64,000 nt of DNA from positions 27,994,391 to 28,058,390 of the forward strand of contig NC_057740.1 of NCBI RefSeq assembly GCF_004010195.1, given 5' to 3'. The notes beneath the pieces were generated by a model, which was not told the DNA's origin, searched no databases, and worked only from the letters and a program-made list of their open reading frames with translations. Made by a program: the position numbers and the translations under genes. Source of the DNA: Chiloscyllium plagiosum (taxonomy: Eukaryota). Shown here in pieces: positions 63,861 through 64,000 of the stretch. Each line of letters begins with the position of its first letter. The first letter of the stretch is position 1.

Positions 63861-64000
63861 CAAGCTGCAAATCCTTCCAATATACACAGTAATGGCAGAC
63901 AATAAAGGATGGGACAGATTCCTGATTGATGATATGATGGTAAAACAGAGTCTGTATCATCACTTGCTATTGTTCCAGGCCCCAATATACATGTAAATGT

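Noticed and set aside
1-64000. CRISPR arrays, operons or other prokaryotic systems
   Set aside because: No regularly spaced repeat-spacer array and no gene-dense region; the DNA is vertebrate.

Overview
Repeat-rich, essentially gene-poor vertebrate genomic DNA. The repeat set (HE1/V-SINEs with ATCTA-type tails, CR1 LINEs with CTATGA-type tails, Penelope-like elements, Rex1/Babar, Tx1, L2) points to a cartilaginous fish, probably a shark; this is an inference from the repeats. No host protein-coding gene can be identified with confidence. There are two weak candidate terminal exons at the window start and several repeat-free blocks that look like conserved enhancers. Three N gaps are present. 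The most interesting structures are: (1) a solo LTR whose TATA-like site carries a stack of Tx1-type LINE 3' ends, including a poly(A)-bounded piece of another LTR copy that starts at the same homologous position, suggesting a Tx1 family that targets this LTR site; (2) many short, often fold-back, Penelope termini with target-site duplications (TSDs) that carry minimal hammerhead-ribozyme cores with covarying stem I across four families; (3) two retro-insertion sites that captured near-perfect 147-181 bp copies of DNA lying 0.7-1.1 kb away. Element boundaries were read by eye and are approximate unless a TSD is given. Family names come from recall, not from database searches.
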